A stretch of DNA of 54,561 nt from Escherichia coli (GCF_003334785.1 NZ_QOWV01000022.1); one strand, 5' to 3'. Counted from the first letter of the stretch, positions 12,168 through 22,909 are shown. Program-made: numbers and translations. The notes: generated by a model from the sequence alone, not told the origin.

Positions 12168-12836
12168 ATGCAAGAAAGTATACAACTGGTTATTGATTCC
12201 TTGCCGTTCCTGTTGAAAGGGGCTGGGTATACCCTGCAACTCAGTATCGGCGGCATGTTTTTTGGCTTACTACTCGGGTTTATTCTCGCGCTGATGCGCC
12301 TGTCGCCAATCTGGCCCGTGCGCTGGCTGGCGCGTTTTTATATCTCTATTTTTCGTGGTACGCCGCTCATCGCACAACTGTTTATGATCTATTACGGCCT
12401 GCCGCAGTTTGGTATCGAATTAGATCCCATTCCGTCAGCAATGATTGGTCTGTCGCTGAACACTGCCGCCTATGCCGCCGAAACGCTGCGCGCCGCCATT
12501 TCTTCTATTGATAAAGGTCAGTGGGAAGCCGCTGCCAGTATTGGTATGACGCCGTGGCAGACCATGCGTCGCGCGATTTTGCCACAGGCGGCGCGGGTGG
12601 CGTTGCCGCCGCTGTCGAACAGCTTTATCAGTCTGGTAAAAGATACGTCGCTGGCCGCGACAATCCAGGTGCCGGAGCTGTTCCGTCAGGCGCAGTTGAT
12701 TACCTCGCGCACGCTGGAGGTGTTCACCATGTACCTGGCGGCTTCGCTCATCTACTGGATCATGGCGACTGTGTTATCGACGTTGCAGAACCATTTTGAG
12801 AATCAACTTAATCGCCAGGAGAGAGAACCCAAATGA
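12168..12836 (+). CDS. tcyL: L-cystine ABC transporter permease TcyL (YecS)
   Basis: 222 aa hydrophobic permease; synteny between dcyD and tcyN. Confidence 0.85.
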   Translation: MQESIQLVIDSLPFLLKGAGYTLQLSIGGMFFGLLLGFILALMRLSPIWPVRWLARFYISIFRGTPLIAQLFMIYYGLPQFGIELDPIPSAMIGLSLNTAAYAAETLRAAISSIDKGQWEAAASIGMTPWQTMRRAILPQAARVALPPLSNSFISLVKDTSLAATIQVPELFRQAQLITSRTLEVFTMYLAASLIYWIMATVLSTLQNHFENQLNRQEREPK

Positions 12837-13585
12837 GTGCCATTGAAGTTAAGAACCTGGTGAAAAAATTCCACGGTCAGACGGTGCTGCACGGTATCGA
12901 CCTCGAGGTAAAGCCGGGCGAAGTGGTGGCAATTATCGGTCCGAGTGGTTCCGGCAAAACCACATTGCTACGTAGCATAAATCTGCTGGAACAACCGGAA
13001 GCGGGAACGATCACCGTTGGCGATATCACTATTGATACTGCACGTTCATTAAGTCAGCAAAAATCGCTGATTCGCCAGTTGCGTCAGCACGTCGGGTTTG
13101 TCTTCCAGAACTTTAATTTGTTTCCGCATCGTACGGTGCTGGAAAACATTATTGAAGGGCCGGTGATCGTCAAAGGCGAACCGAAAGAAGAGGCCACGGC
13201 GCGCGCTCGCGAGCTGCTGGCGAAAGTTGGGCTGGCCGGTAAAGAAACCAGCTATCCACGTCGTTTGTCTGGCGGTCAACAGCAGCGTGTTGCGATTGCG
13301 CGTGCGCTGGCAATGCGTCCTGAGGTGATTTTGTTTGACGAGCCAACGTCAGCGCTGGATCCAGAGCTGGTGGGCGAAGTCCTGAACACAATCCGCCAGC
13401 TGGCGCAGGAAAAGCGCACGATGGTGATTGTGACGCACGAAATGAGCTTTGCCCGGGATGTTGCGGACCGGGCGATTTTTATGGACCAGGGGCGGATAGT
13501 CGAGCAGGGGGCAGCAAAAGCGTTATTTGCCGATCCCCAGCAGCCTCGCACCCGACAGTTCCTCGAGAAGTTTCTGCTGCAATAA
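12833..13585 (+). CDS. tcyN: L-cystine ABC transporter ATP-binding protein TcyN (YecC)
   Basis: 250 aa with Walker A (GPSGSGKTT), ABC signature (LSGGQQQR) and Walker B (ILFDEPTSALD). Confidence 0.9.
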   Translation: MSAIEVKNLVKKFHGQTVLHGIDLEVKPGEVVAIIGPSGSGKTTLLRSINLLEQPEAGTITVGDITIDTARSLSQQKSLIRQLRQHVGFVFQNFNLFPHRTVLENIIEGPVIVKGEPKEEATARARELLAKVGLAGKETSYPRRLSGGQQQRVAIARALAMRPEVILFDEPTSALDPELVGEVLNTIRQLAQEKRTMVIVTHEMSFARDVADRAIFMDQGRIVEQGAAKALFADPQQPRTRQFLEKFLLQ

Positions 13586-13814
13586 TAAGAAAAAATCAGC
13601 CCCGACGATTCACCTGTCGGGGCGGGACGCCATTTCAAGCGTGATAAAACTGCTTAACAAATCAGCATAACTCATTAATAACATAAGAGAATGCGATGGC
13701 TTGCAAAAGTAATTCATTGCCTGAATAATATAAATTATATATAAATCTTATTTATGTGATAGTTTGAATTATCATTATAAATGATACTCACTCTCAGGGG
13801 CGTTGCGGTTTACT

Positions 13815-14537
13815 ATGCAGGATACGGATTTTTTCAGCTGGCGTCGCACGATGCTGTTGCGTTTTCAGAGGATGGAGGCCGCAGAAGAGGTCTACCATGA
13901 AATAGAGCTTCAGGCTCAGCAGCTGGAGTACGATTACTATTCGTTATGTGTTCGCCACCCGGTACCATTCACGCGACCTAAAGTGGCTTTCTACACCAAT
14001 TACCCTGAGTCGTGGGTTAGTTATTATCAGGCAAAAAATTTTCTCGCAATTGATCCTGTGCTGAACCCTGAAAACTTTAGTCAGGGCCATTTAATGTGGA
14101 ATGATGACTTATTCAGCGAAGCACAGCCATTATGGGAAGCCGCGCACGCACATGGTTTACGCCGCGGTGTCACTCAGTATTTAATGCTGCCAAATCGGGC
14201 GCTGGGCTTTTTGTCCTTTTCCCGTTGCAGCACGCGCGAAATACCCATTCTTAGTGATGAACTGCAATTAAAAATGCAGTTACTGGTGCGCGAAAGTCTG
14301 ATGGCTCTGATGCGTTTAAATGATGAAATAGTGATGACGCCAGAGATGAATTTCAGCAAGCGCGAAAAAGAAATTCTGAAATGGACGGCGGAAGGGAAGA
14401 CATCAGCAGAGATAGCGATGATTTTGTCAATCTCTGAGAATACGGTCAATTTCCATCAGAAAAACATGCAGAAAAAAATCAATGCACCAAATAAGACCCA
14501 GGTGGCCTGTTACGCGGCCGCTACTGGCTTAATTTGA
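13815..14537 (+). CDS. sdiA: LuxR-family quorum-sensing regulator SdiA
   Basis: Start at MQDTDFFSWRR gives 240 aa; autoinducer-binding N-domain plus C-terminal LuxR-type HTH (EILKWTAEGKTSAEIAMILSISENTV). Confidence 0.9.
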   Translation: MQDTDFFSWRRTMLLRFQRMEAAEEVYHEIELQAQQLEYDYYSLCVRHPVPFTRPKVAFYTNYPESWVSYYQAKNFLAIDPVLNPENFSQGHLMWNDDLFSEAQPLWEAAHAHGLRRGVTQYLMLPNRALGFLSFSRCSTREIPILSDELQLKMQLLVRESLMALMRLNDEIVMTPEMNFSKREKEILKWTAEGKTSAEIAMILSISENTVNFHQKNMQKKINAPNKTQVACYAAATGLI

Positions 14538-14564
14538 TCGCTTTTCTTTCTGCGTGCCAGATGC

Positions 14565-14600
14565 AAAAACCGGCTGAAAGGCACGCTCTCAGCCGGTTTT
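14565..14600. terminator. Bidirectional terminator between convergent sdiA and yecF
   Basis: AAAAACCGGCTGA...TCAGCCGGTTTT: hairpin with an A-run on one side and a T-run on the other. Confidence 0.6.
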
Positions 14601-14603
14601 ATA

Positions 14604-14828
14604 TTACTGACGGTAGGCTTGTTTAATTTGCTTAACCGTTTTGGAAAATACTGCAGCCTGGGTTTCGTCTTCGATCAGCGCAAGCTGTTTTTCCATCTTT
14701 AACATCACGCGGCCCGCGTCAGCTTGTCCCATCGCCTGCAGCATCAGCGTCAGCATCGCTTTCAGGCAGGAGACTTCATTTGCCAGTTCTTGATTATTCT
14801 CGGCAGTAGAAAAATCAGGCGTACTCAT
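14604..14828 (-). CDS. yecF: Small protein YecF (DUF2594)
   Basis: 74 aa; position between sdiA and uvrY. Confidence 0.75.
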
Positions 14829-15286
14829 TTATTTTCCTCGTCATGTTGCAATGAAAATTTGCGGTGAAAAATGTTAAGGCGGCGGAGTATACCATAAGCT
14901 TTGCTAAAAATAGCAGTGGTTGTTTTTTGAGCGTGATATCGGCAGTGCTATAAAATACGTTAATATAATGACCAATAAATATTTTTATCATGAATGTTTT
15001 TTGCCCGTATTGTTCGGGTTAATTAATGTTACATATTCAGCGGGCTGATTTTCATTTTTGCTGAATAAAGTCAATTTTTGTCACATTTCATCGTAGGGCT
15101 TACTGTGAAACGATCCGGTAAGCCGTTGGTGACGGGCGTGACCATAACTGTGGACAATCGAATTGACAAAAACGAGAGAAAAATCGAATACCCACCATTT
15201 TTAACGTTTCAAAGTTGCAATAAAAACCGCTAATATACGAATGACTAACTATCAGTAGCGTTATCCCTATTTCTGGAGATATTCCT

Positions 15287-15943
15287 TTGATCAACGTTCT
15301 ACTTGTTGATGACCACGAACTGGTGCGCGCAGGGATACGACGCATTCTGGAAGATATAAAGGGTATAAAAGTCGTCGGTGAGGCATCGTGCGGTGAAGAC
15401 GCCGTTAAGTGGTGCCGGACAAATGCCGTTGACGTGGTGCTAATGGACATGAGTATGCCGGGCATTGGCGGTCTTGAGGCGACGCGTAAAATCGCGCGTT
15501 CCACAGCTGATGTCAAAATCATCATGCTTACCGTCCATACAGAAAACCCTTTACCAGCGAAAGTCATGCAGGCCGGTGCTGCGGGCTACCTCAGCAAAGG
15601 CGCGGCTCCGCAGGAAGTCGTGAGTGCGATTCGTTCTGTCTATTCAGGGCAGCGTTACATTGCTTCTGACATCGCTCAACAAATGGCGTTAAGCCAGATC
15701 GAACCAGAAAAAACAGAAAGCCCATTTGCCAGTTTGTCTGAACGTGAATTGCAGATTATGCTGATGATCACCAAGGGCCAGAAGGTCAATGAGATCTCAG
15801 AACAGCTCAATCTCAGTCCGAAAACGGTGAACAGCTACCGCTATCGTATGTTCAGTAAACTAAACATTCATGGCGATGTTGAGCTGACTCACCTGGCAAT
15901 TCGCCATGGTCTGTGTAATGCGGAGACATTATCAAGTCAGTGA
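15287..15943 (+). CDS. uvrY: Response regulator UvrY (BarA/UvrY two-component system)
   Basis: 218 aa; receiver domain ([14 protein letters not shown], phospho-acceptor Asp context [10 protein letters not shown]) plus LuxR-type HTH; overlaps the uvrC start. Confidence 0.9.
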
Positions 15944-17772
15944 GTGATCAGTTTGACGCAAAAGCGTTTTTAAAAACCGTAACCAGCCAGCCAGGCGTTT
16001 ATCGCATGTACGATGCTGGTGGTACGGTTATCTATGTCGGCAAAGCGAAAGACCTGAAAAAACGGCTTTCCAGCTATTTCCGTAGCAACCTCGCTTCGCG
16101 CAAAACCGAAGCGCTGGTCGCCCAGATCCAGCAAATTGATGTAACGGTTACTCACACAGAAACCGAAGCGCTGTTGCTGGAACACAACTACATCAAACTC
16201 TATCAGCCGCGTTACAACGTTTTGCTACGCGATGATAAATCATATCCTTTTATCTTCCTGAGTGGTGATACCCACCCGCGTCTGGCGATGCATCGTGGTG
16301 CGAAGCATGCCAAAGGTGAATATTTCGGCCCGTTCCCGAATGGCTATGCCGTACGTGAAACACTGGCGCTACTGCAAAAGATTTTCCCCATTCGCCAGTG
16401 CGAAAATAGTGTTTATCGCAATCGCTCGCGTCCGTGTCTGCAATACCAGATAGGGCGCTGTCTGGGACCGTGCGTTGAAGGACTGGTGAGTGAAGAAGAA
16501 TACGCTCAGCAGGTCGAGTATGTGCGCCTGTTTTTGTCTGGCAAAGATGATCAGGTGCTTACGCAACTCATTAGTCGTATGGAAACTGCCAGCCAGAATC
16601 TGGAGTTTGAAGAAGCTGCACGTATTCGCGACCAAATTCAGGCGGTGCGACGCGTCACCGAAAAACAATTCGTTTCCAATACCGGCGACGACCTCGACGT
16701 TATTGGTGTGGCGTTCGATGCGGGCATGGCTTGTGTCCACGTATTGTTCATTCGTCAGGGCAAAGTGCTCGGCAGCCGCAGCTATTTCCCGAAAGTGCCT
16801 GGCGGTACGGAACTGAGCGAGGTGGTAGAAACCTTCGTAGGCCAGTTCTATTTACAAGGCAGCCAGATGCGCACCTTACCGGGTGAGATCCTGCTCGATT
16901 TTAATCTTAGCGATAAAACGCTGCTCGCCGATTCCCTTTCAGAACTGGCGGGACGCAAGATTAATGTTCAAACCAAACCTCGCGGCGATAGGGCGCGTTA
17001 TCTGAAACTCGCGCGCACCAATGCGGCGACGGCCTTAACCAGCAAACTTTCGCAGCAATCTACCGTTCACCAGCGACTGACCGCGCTTGCCAGCGTGTTG
17101 AAATTGCCGGAAGTGAAGCGGATGGAGTGCTTTGACATCAGCCATACCATGGGCGAACAAACCGTCGCTTCCTGTGTGGTGTTTGATGCTAACGGCCCGC
17201 TGCGTGCGGAGTATCGGCGCTATAACATTACAGGCATCACGCCGGGCGATGATTATGCGGCGATGAATCAGGTGCTGCGTCGGCGTTATGGTAAAGCCAT
17301 TGACGACAGTAAGATCCCGGATGTGATCCTTATCGACGGCGGCAAAGGCCAGCTTGCGCAGGCGAAAAATGTCTTCGCCGAACTGGATGTCTCATGGGAT
17401 AAAAATCATCCGCTGCTACTTGGCGTTGCCAAAGGAGCAGATCGTAAGGCTGGGCTGGAAACGCTGTTCTTTGAGCCGGAAGGTGAGGGATTTAGTTTGC
17501 CGCCAGATTCACCCGCGCTGCATGTTATCCAGCATATTCGCGATGAATCACATGATCACGCGATTGGCGGGCACCGTAAAAAACGGGCGAAAGTCAAAAA
17601 TACCAGTTCCCTGGAAACCATTGAAGGCGTCGGGCCAAAACGTCGGCAAATGTTGTTGAAATATATGGGCGGTTTGCAAGGTTTACGTAACGCCAGCGTC
17701 GAGGAAATTGCAAAAGTGCCGGGTATTTCGCAAGGTCTGGCAGAAAAGATCTTCTGGTCGTTGAAACATTGA
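15940..17772 (+). CDS. uvrC: Excinuclease ABC subunit C
   Basis: 610 aa; N-terminal GIY-YIG nuclease motif ([18 protein letters not shown]) and C-terminal helix-hairpin-helix region. Confidence 0.95.
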
Positions 17773-17828
17773 TGTCTCTGTAGCAACATAGGGGTAATCT
17801 TACTGACAACAGATAGTTACCCGTCATT

Positions 17829-18377
17829 ATGCAATTTAATATCCCTACGTTGCTTACACTGTTCCGTGTCATCCTTATCCCATTCTTTGTATTGGTCTTT
17901 TATCTGCCTGTCACCTGGTCGCCGTTTGCCGCCGCGCTCATTTTCTGCGTCGCGGCGGTGACTGACTGGTTCGATGGTTTTCTGGCACGCCGCTGGAACC
18001 AGAGTACCCGGTTTGGTGCTTTCCTTGACCCTGTCGCAGATAAAGTTCTCGTGGCTATCGCCATGGTGCTGGTAACCGAGCATTATCACAGCTGGTGGGT
18101 GACCTTACCGGCGGCAACGATGATCGCCCGTGAAATTATTATTTCTGCGCTACGCGAATGGATGGCGGAGTTGGGTAAACGCAGTAGTGTGGCTGTCTCT
18201 TGGATTGGGAAAGTGAAAACCACTGCCCAGATGGTAGCGCTGGCCTGGCTGCTGTGGCGTCCGAACATTTGGGTTGAGTACGCCGGTATTGCACTTTTCT
18301 TTGTGGCTGCGGTACTGACTCTGTGGTCAATGTTGCAATATTTGAGCGCTGCGCGTGCAGATTTGCTTGATCAGTGA
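17829..18377 (+). CDS. pgsA: CDP-diacylglycerol--glycerol-3-phosphate 3-phosphatidyltransferase
   Basis: 182 aa membrane protein with CDP-alcohol phosphotransferase motif ([16 protein letters not shown]). Confidence 0.9.
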
Positions 18378-18528
18378 TCGTTTCGGCGCAATTTTCAGCA
18401 AACGATCAAAAGTGGTGAAAAATATCGTTGACTCATCGCGCCAGGTAAGTAGAATGCAACGCATCGAACGGCGGCACTGATTGCCAGACGATAATAAAAT
18501 CAAGTGATTAACTGATTGCTTGATGAAT

Positions 18529-18604
<76 letters not shown>

Positions 18605-18657
18605 GTTTAAAAGACATCGGCGTCAGCGGATGTCTGGCTGAAAGGCCTGAAGAATTT

Positions 18658-18731
18658 GGCGCGTTAACAAAGCGGTTATGTAGCGGATTGCAAATCCGTC
18701 TAGTCCGGTTCGACTCCGGAACGCGCCTCCA
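18658..18731 (+). tRNA. cysT: tRNA-Cys (GCA)
   Basis: GGCGCGTTAACAAAGCGGTTATGTAGCGGATTGCAAATCCGTCTAGTCCGGTTCGACTCCGGAACGCGCCTCCA. Confidence 0.9.
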
Positions 18732-18743
18732 CTTTCTTCCCGA

Positions 18744-18830
18744 GCCCGGATGGTGGAATCGGTAGACACAAGGGATTTAAAATCCCTCGGCGTTCGCGCT
18801 GTGTGGGTTCAAGTCCCACTCCGGGTACCA
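18744..18830 (+). tRNA. leuZ: tRNA-Leu (UAA), long variable arm
   Basis: GCCCGGATGGTGGAATCGGTAGACACAAGGGATTTAAAATCCC...GGGTTCAAGTCCCACTCCGGGTACCA; the T-stem differs from the K-12 sequence as I recall it by two compensatory changes. Confidence 0.85.
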
Positions 18831-18871
18831 TGGGAAACATCAGAATAATCAAAGCAATAAGCAGTGTCGTG

Positions 18872-18896
18872 AAACCACCTCCGGGTGGTTTTTTTG
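18872..18896 (+). terminator. Rho-independent terminator of the tRNA operon
   Basis: AAACCACC-tccg-GGTGGTTT followed by TTTTT. Confidence 0.7.
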
Positions 18897-19072
18897 TGCC
18901 TGAAATTCATGTCCTGTGCATATCCTGTGCGCACGGGGTGCGATGAGCTGCAATCTTCAGCCTGGCAATGCCGAATCGAACGTGTCGCTTCCAGCATAGA
19001 GAACCAGGCCGCTTTGCCTGTTTTCCGGTACGCTTCCGGGAAGGGGGGGCCCGCTGAGCAAGCTGTAATGCT

Positions 19073-19813
19073 CTAGCCACCCTGAGTACAAAGTTGCTTA
19101 ATTCGTGCAATCACCTCATCTCTGTACTTCTGGTGTCCGCGCATAGCCCGTGGATGGGCAATTCTGAAACAGATTGCATTACCTGTTTTGAACTCCCATA
19201 GCTTCCCCGGAATGACTGAAGAAGTCTCATAACCGCCTAGCTCAGTAAGCACCTGTTTTATGATGTAGTCTGTTCTCCGGGCTCCAGATGCAAAGATGAT
19301 GAAATCAGGCTCAAGGTGTTTAATTTGTACCGCCAGTAGCTTCAGCGAGGCTAATATAACTTCCTGCACTTCATTTTGAGGGCGATTGAGAGGGGTCAGT
19401 CCGTCGTAATCCCACGCCAGTAGATTGGCATACACGATAGCCTGGGGAGGAATATTAAGCTCCCGGGCCAGTCTGAAATGATATTGCGTGAAGCGGCTAC
19501 GTGATTTGAGGTTGGCGGTGCCATAATTTTGTACCGGAAGATGTTTCCTGTAACGATCTACAGCTTCTTCAACCACTTGCCCGATGGTGACGTCAGGTAT
19601 AAGTCCCAACACCCGTGATATCGTATTCTTACCATTCAGCGTATTCCAGCCTGCGGTTTCACGTCCAACCAGCATGATTTTTACCGGTGAATGCCAGTAT
19701 TCTTCAAAGGGTACGGGTAAAAATACGCCTGAGTATTTATCCTCATTCAGGTTAAATGACTGGGCGTTAACTTCCTGCAATATCCGTTTGTACGCGTCTA
19801 ATAGCTTTTCCAT
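19073..19813 (-). CDS. Uracil-DNA-glycosylase-like superfamily protein (pipolin-type UDG candidate)
   Basis: 246 aa; KIMLVGRETAGW resembles the UDG family-4 motif A (GE.PG) and IAHPRAM a C-terminal HP motif; lies between tRNA-Leu and the integrase. Fold assignment is my inference. Confidence 0.45.
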   Translation of the reverse strand: MEKLLDAYKRILQEVNAQSFNLNEDKYSGVFLPVPFEEYWHSPVKIMLVGRETAGWNTLNGKNTISRVLGLIPDVTIGQVVEEAVDRYRKHLPVQNYGTANLKSRSRFTQYHFRLARELNIPPQAIVYANLLAWDYDGLTPLNRPQNEVQEVILASLKLLAVQIKHLEPDFIIFASGARRTDYIIKQVLTELGGYETSSVIPGKLWEFKTGNAICFRIAHPRAMRGHQKYRDEVIARIKQLCTQGG

Positions 19814-19893
19814 TCTTCAATACTGCCCCGTAATAAAAACACCTTCAGATATATATTATCTCCATGATATCAATCAGATACATGAGGATAAAT

Positions 19894-21111
19894 ATGCAAA
19901 AATCCTTCCGATTCACCAATTCATCCATCAAAGCCCTTCCGGCAAACACAGATACCCGATCTACAGAGCTAGAGGTATCTGATACCGAAGTTATTGGCCT
20001 CAAATGTCTCTCAGGTCGAACGGGTAACAAACGTTTCCTCCTGCGCTACACATTCCACGGTACCAAAAAAAGTATCAGTATTGGCAGATTCCCTGAAATT
20101 GATGTGGGGACAGCTCGCCAGATAGCTCGCCGTCATAAGGAGGCGATTGCACTTGGAAATGACCCCAAGGCAGAGCGCGATAATTATCGTGCGATGCCAA
20201 CGCTTAGTGAGTTTTTTCACCAGACCTATGTTCCGTTCATCAAGCGCCATAAAAAGTCCTGGGATAAGGATGTTCAGCGTTTCACGCAATACATTGAACC
20301 TCGTCTGGGAAAGATACGTTACTGCGATCTCAGGGCCAGAGAGATACAACAGGTGCTGTTTGACATGCTGGAGGGGCGTATTCACGGGCAGCAATATGCG
20401 CCGTCTACCTGTAACAGAGCCCTTGCTATTCTGAAAACGATGGGGCGTTATGCGTTGCGACAGGATGTGCTGGAAAAGAATGAAGCCGATAAGATCCCTT
20501 TACTGAAAGAGAATAATCAGCGGACGCGCTTTTTTGATGCTGATGAGATCAGGCGCATTCTTGACGCTGCTACCCAATATCCCAACAAAGCTGCCGGGGG
20601 ATTGATAGCCATGTTGTTGTTAACCGGTACACGCAAATCAGAAATGCTTAATGTCAGGCATGAACATATCGACCGGGCCAATCGTACTCTGTTCATTCCT
20701 TATACAAAAAATGGTCGCAGTCGGACGGTATATCTAAGCGATGCCGCATTATCGATTATTGATGCTATCCCACGAGTTGGCAGTAATCCGTATCTGTTCG
20801 CCATTAAGGATAATGGAAAACCGATATCGGAACCCCGGTGGGCATATGAAAAAATACTGGCACAGTGCGGTATAGACAAGAATGAAGTCTGTTTTCACAC
20901 CACACGTCATTCTGTTGCCTCTTTACTGGTTTCGAGTGGTCAATTCAGCCTGTATGACGTTAAAGCACAACTGGCGCATGCGAGTATTCAAAGTACGGAG
21001 CGCTACGCGAAATTGACACCAGAGCGTATGCGTCAGACCGGGCAGGGCGTAACTGACCTTCTTTTGAACACCGTTACTGCCGGTAACAATGATGATTTTA
21101 GCACCCCTTGA
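19894..21111 (+). CDS. Tyrosine recombinase / integrase (P4-like, N-terminal Arm-type domain)
   Basis: Start at MQKSFRF preceded by GAGGA. C-terminal catalytic region has HTTRHSVAS (His-x-x-Arg) and a Tyr in ERYAKL. Same orientation as and just downstream of tRNA-Leu. Confidence 0.85.
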   Translation: MQKSFRFTNSSIKALPANTDTRSTELEVSDTEVIGLKCLSGRTGNKRFLLRYTFHGTKKSISIGRFPEIDVGTARQIARRHKEAIALGNDPKAERDNYRAMPTLSEFFHQTYVPFIKRHKKSWDKDVQRFTQYIEPRLGKIRYCDLRAREIQQVLFDMLEGRIHGQQYAPSTCNRALAILKTMGRYALRQDVLEKNEADKIPLLKENNQRTRFFDADEIRRILDAATQYPNKAAGGLIAMLLLTGTRKSEMLNVRHEHIDRANRTLFIPYTKNGRSRTVYLSDAALSIIDAIPRVGSNPYLFAIKDNGKPISEPRWAYEKILAQCGIDKNEVCFHTTRHSVASLLVSSGQFSLYDVKAQLAHASIQSTERYAKLTPERMRQTGQGVTDLLLNTVTAGNNDDFSTP

Positions 21112-21120
21112 ACGTGGAGT

Positions 21121-21378
21121 ATGAGTATGCCGTTAAAATGTCCTAAGTGTGGTAGCCGAAATACAGTGACAGAAACTGCCGGAAATATAGCAAAGGTGAC
21201 TCGCGATGACCGGTTTCTGACATCGACATCCGGTTATATTAGCCCGGAGCAATTACCAGAATTGCTTAAAGAAATCATCAGGGCGATACAACGTCTCTTT
21301 AGATTCCTTGAACAGCGTGAAAGGAATAATGCGCCAGTGCTGATCTGCAAGGATTGTGGATATTATGAAAGAATATAG
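21121..21378 (+). CDS. Small zinc-ribbon protein (CxxC..CxxC)
   Basis: 85 aa with CPKCGS near the N-terminus and CKDCGY near the C-terminus; GGAG ribosome-binding site upstream. Confidence 0.5.
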   Translation: MSMPLKCPKCGSRNTVTETAGNIAKVTRDDRFLTSTSGYISPEQLPELLKEIIRAIQRLFRFLEQRERNNAPVLICKDCGYYERI

Positions 21379-21471
21379 ATGACCACTGAAGGCAATTCCA
21401 GATTCTTTAGCCTGTCTATGTAACCCCGATACTTAAAACGTATCGGGTTTTTTGTTTATGAGGATTATTCA

Positions 21472-21843
21472 ATGAAATTTGTCTCGAACTGGCAAGACCT
21501 GCCGTCGCTCCTTCTTCCGGAGTCAGTAATGAGTCTGTTGAAAACAGAGCTGGTACTCCCATTTGAAGATGAATACTCTGCAATGAGTTTCTGGGATGAA
21601 GTCGGGGTGACATTAATATATGTCGAGCCCGATGATGTACCTGAAGATATTAAAACGCAGGTATTAAATGTGATTCATCAGTTAATTGCAAATCCAGAAT
21701 TTGTAGTCCGTCTGACAGATGACTATTACCTGATGCTTTCTGTTACGGAAGATAACGGGAACGGTATTTATCTGTTATTTCACCCCGATTGCCCTCTGAA
21801 GGGTATTGATTTATTAATTTCTATGGCCGAATCACGCTATTAA
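21472..21843 (+). CDS. Hypothetical protein (123 aa)
   Basis: ORF with GAGGA ribosome-binding site 7 nt upstream; no motif recognised. Confidence 0.5.
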   Translation: MKFVSNWQDLPSLLLPESVMSLLKTELVLPFEDEYSAMSFWDEVGVTLIYVEPDDVPEDIKTQVLNVIHQLIANPEFVVRLTDDYYLMLSVTEDNGNGIYLLFHPDCPLKGIDLLISMAESRY

Positions 21844-21868
21844 ACACAAGCAAAACCAGGAACGCAAA

Positions 21869-22402
21869 ATGAGTAAATCAAAATTAGTTAAAAATAATGT
21901 TGAGTCAGTTTCGAAGGAGATTAAAAATGAGGCAGAGGTTATTCATGAAAATCTCAGTGCAGATGAACAAACATTATCTGATGTAAAAGACTATCAGTTG
22001 CTCATTGAAACAGGCCAGGCAGAAAAAATCAGTCCTAAGGCAAGTGGTATGCTGACATGGCAACTGGCGATATCAGAGGTGGACAATGAACTTTATCTTC
22101 GTCTGGTGGCAAATGGCTGTGGAGGGTTGTTCTCTAAGGACTGGATCTCACTTTCAAAGATTGCAACTGTTCTGGAAACACAACCTGCTACCGGCTTCTC
22201 ATCCGGAGTATTCAGGCCGCTATTCAAAGGGGCAAGCGCCAACAATGCAGGTTTTCTGGCTGCAGTTTTACGCTCCCCGGATATATGTCTGCTGGAGGCA
22301 CATCCAGAGAAGTTATTTACTCATGTATTATACCCGGACTGGAGGGAGCGGTTGAATAAACTTAATACGATCAGTAGCCAGGAAAAGATTACAGAGGATT
22401 AA
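21869..22402 (+). CDS. Hypothetical protein (177 aa)
   Basis: ORF in tandem with its neighbours on the same strand; no motif recognised. Confidence 0.5.
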   Translation: MSKSKLVKNNVESVSKEIKNEAEVIHENLSADEQTLSDVKDYQLLIETGQAEKISPKASGMLTWQLAISEVDNELYLRLVANGCGGLFSKDWISLSKIATVLETQPATGFSSGVFRPLFKGASANNAGFLAAVLRSPDICLLEAHPEKLFTHVLYPDWRERLNKLNTISSQEKITED

Positions 22403-22474
22403 TTTATTTCCTGCACTGTTATACAACCAGAAATCACCACACACCACTATTTACTTTCTAAAGGAAAATTTATT

Positions 22475-22909
22475 ATGCAAACCCAATATGCCTTAAAACA
22501 GGCAGGATTAACTCTGCCTGTGACTAAAGAATTTCAGCAGCATATTACTACGCTTCTGGCAAATCAGGTTTTACAAAAAATAACTGAGGCAGTGGTTATT
22601 AATTTCCGTGATCCGGACTACAGTGCAGAATCCGGCGGATTTCATCCGGTTGAAATGCGGTTTATCCGTCAGGATAACGAATGGTATTTCGATTATGTCA
22701 CAGACTTTAGTTACATGGGACGAGTCTACCCGGAACTGGAAAAGGAAATGGACTTTTGTTGGTCAGGTCAATACGTCTTCCATTATCTGATTGGGGATAT
22801 TTCACTGGCAGCAGAGAGGAATGAACTCTGGTCCCTGTGGGAGCGTAATTTTATGGAGTATCTCTCTATGGGGATTTACCGGGTAACGGTAACTGTGGAA
22901 AGTTGTTGA
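22475..22909 (+). CDS. Hypothetical protein (144 aa)
   Basis: ORF with AAGGAAA ribosome-binding site; no motif assigned with confidence. Confidence 0.5.
   Translation: MQTQYALKQAGLTLPVTKEFQQHITTLLANQVLQKITEAVVINFRDPDYSAESGGFHPVEMRFIRQDNEWYFDYVTDFSYMGRVYPELEKEMDFCWSGQYVFHYLIGDISLAAERNELWSLWERNFMEYLSMGIYRVTVTVESC

Noticed and set aside
16369-16740. 123-aa minus-strand ORF inside uvrC
   Set aside because: Antisense overlap with uvrC; no independent evidence of coding.
18900-19072. Short ORFs (62-67 aa) between the tRNA terminator and the UDG-like gene
   Set aside because: Overlapping each other in different frames within probable attachment-site DNA; no ribosome-binding sites; likely non-coding.
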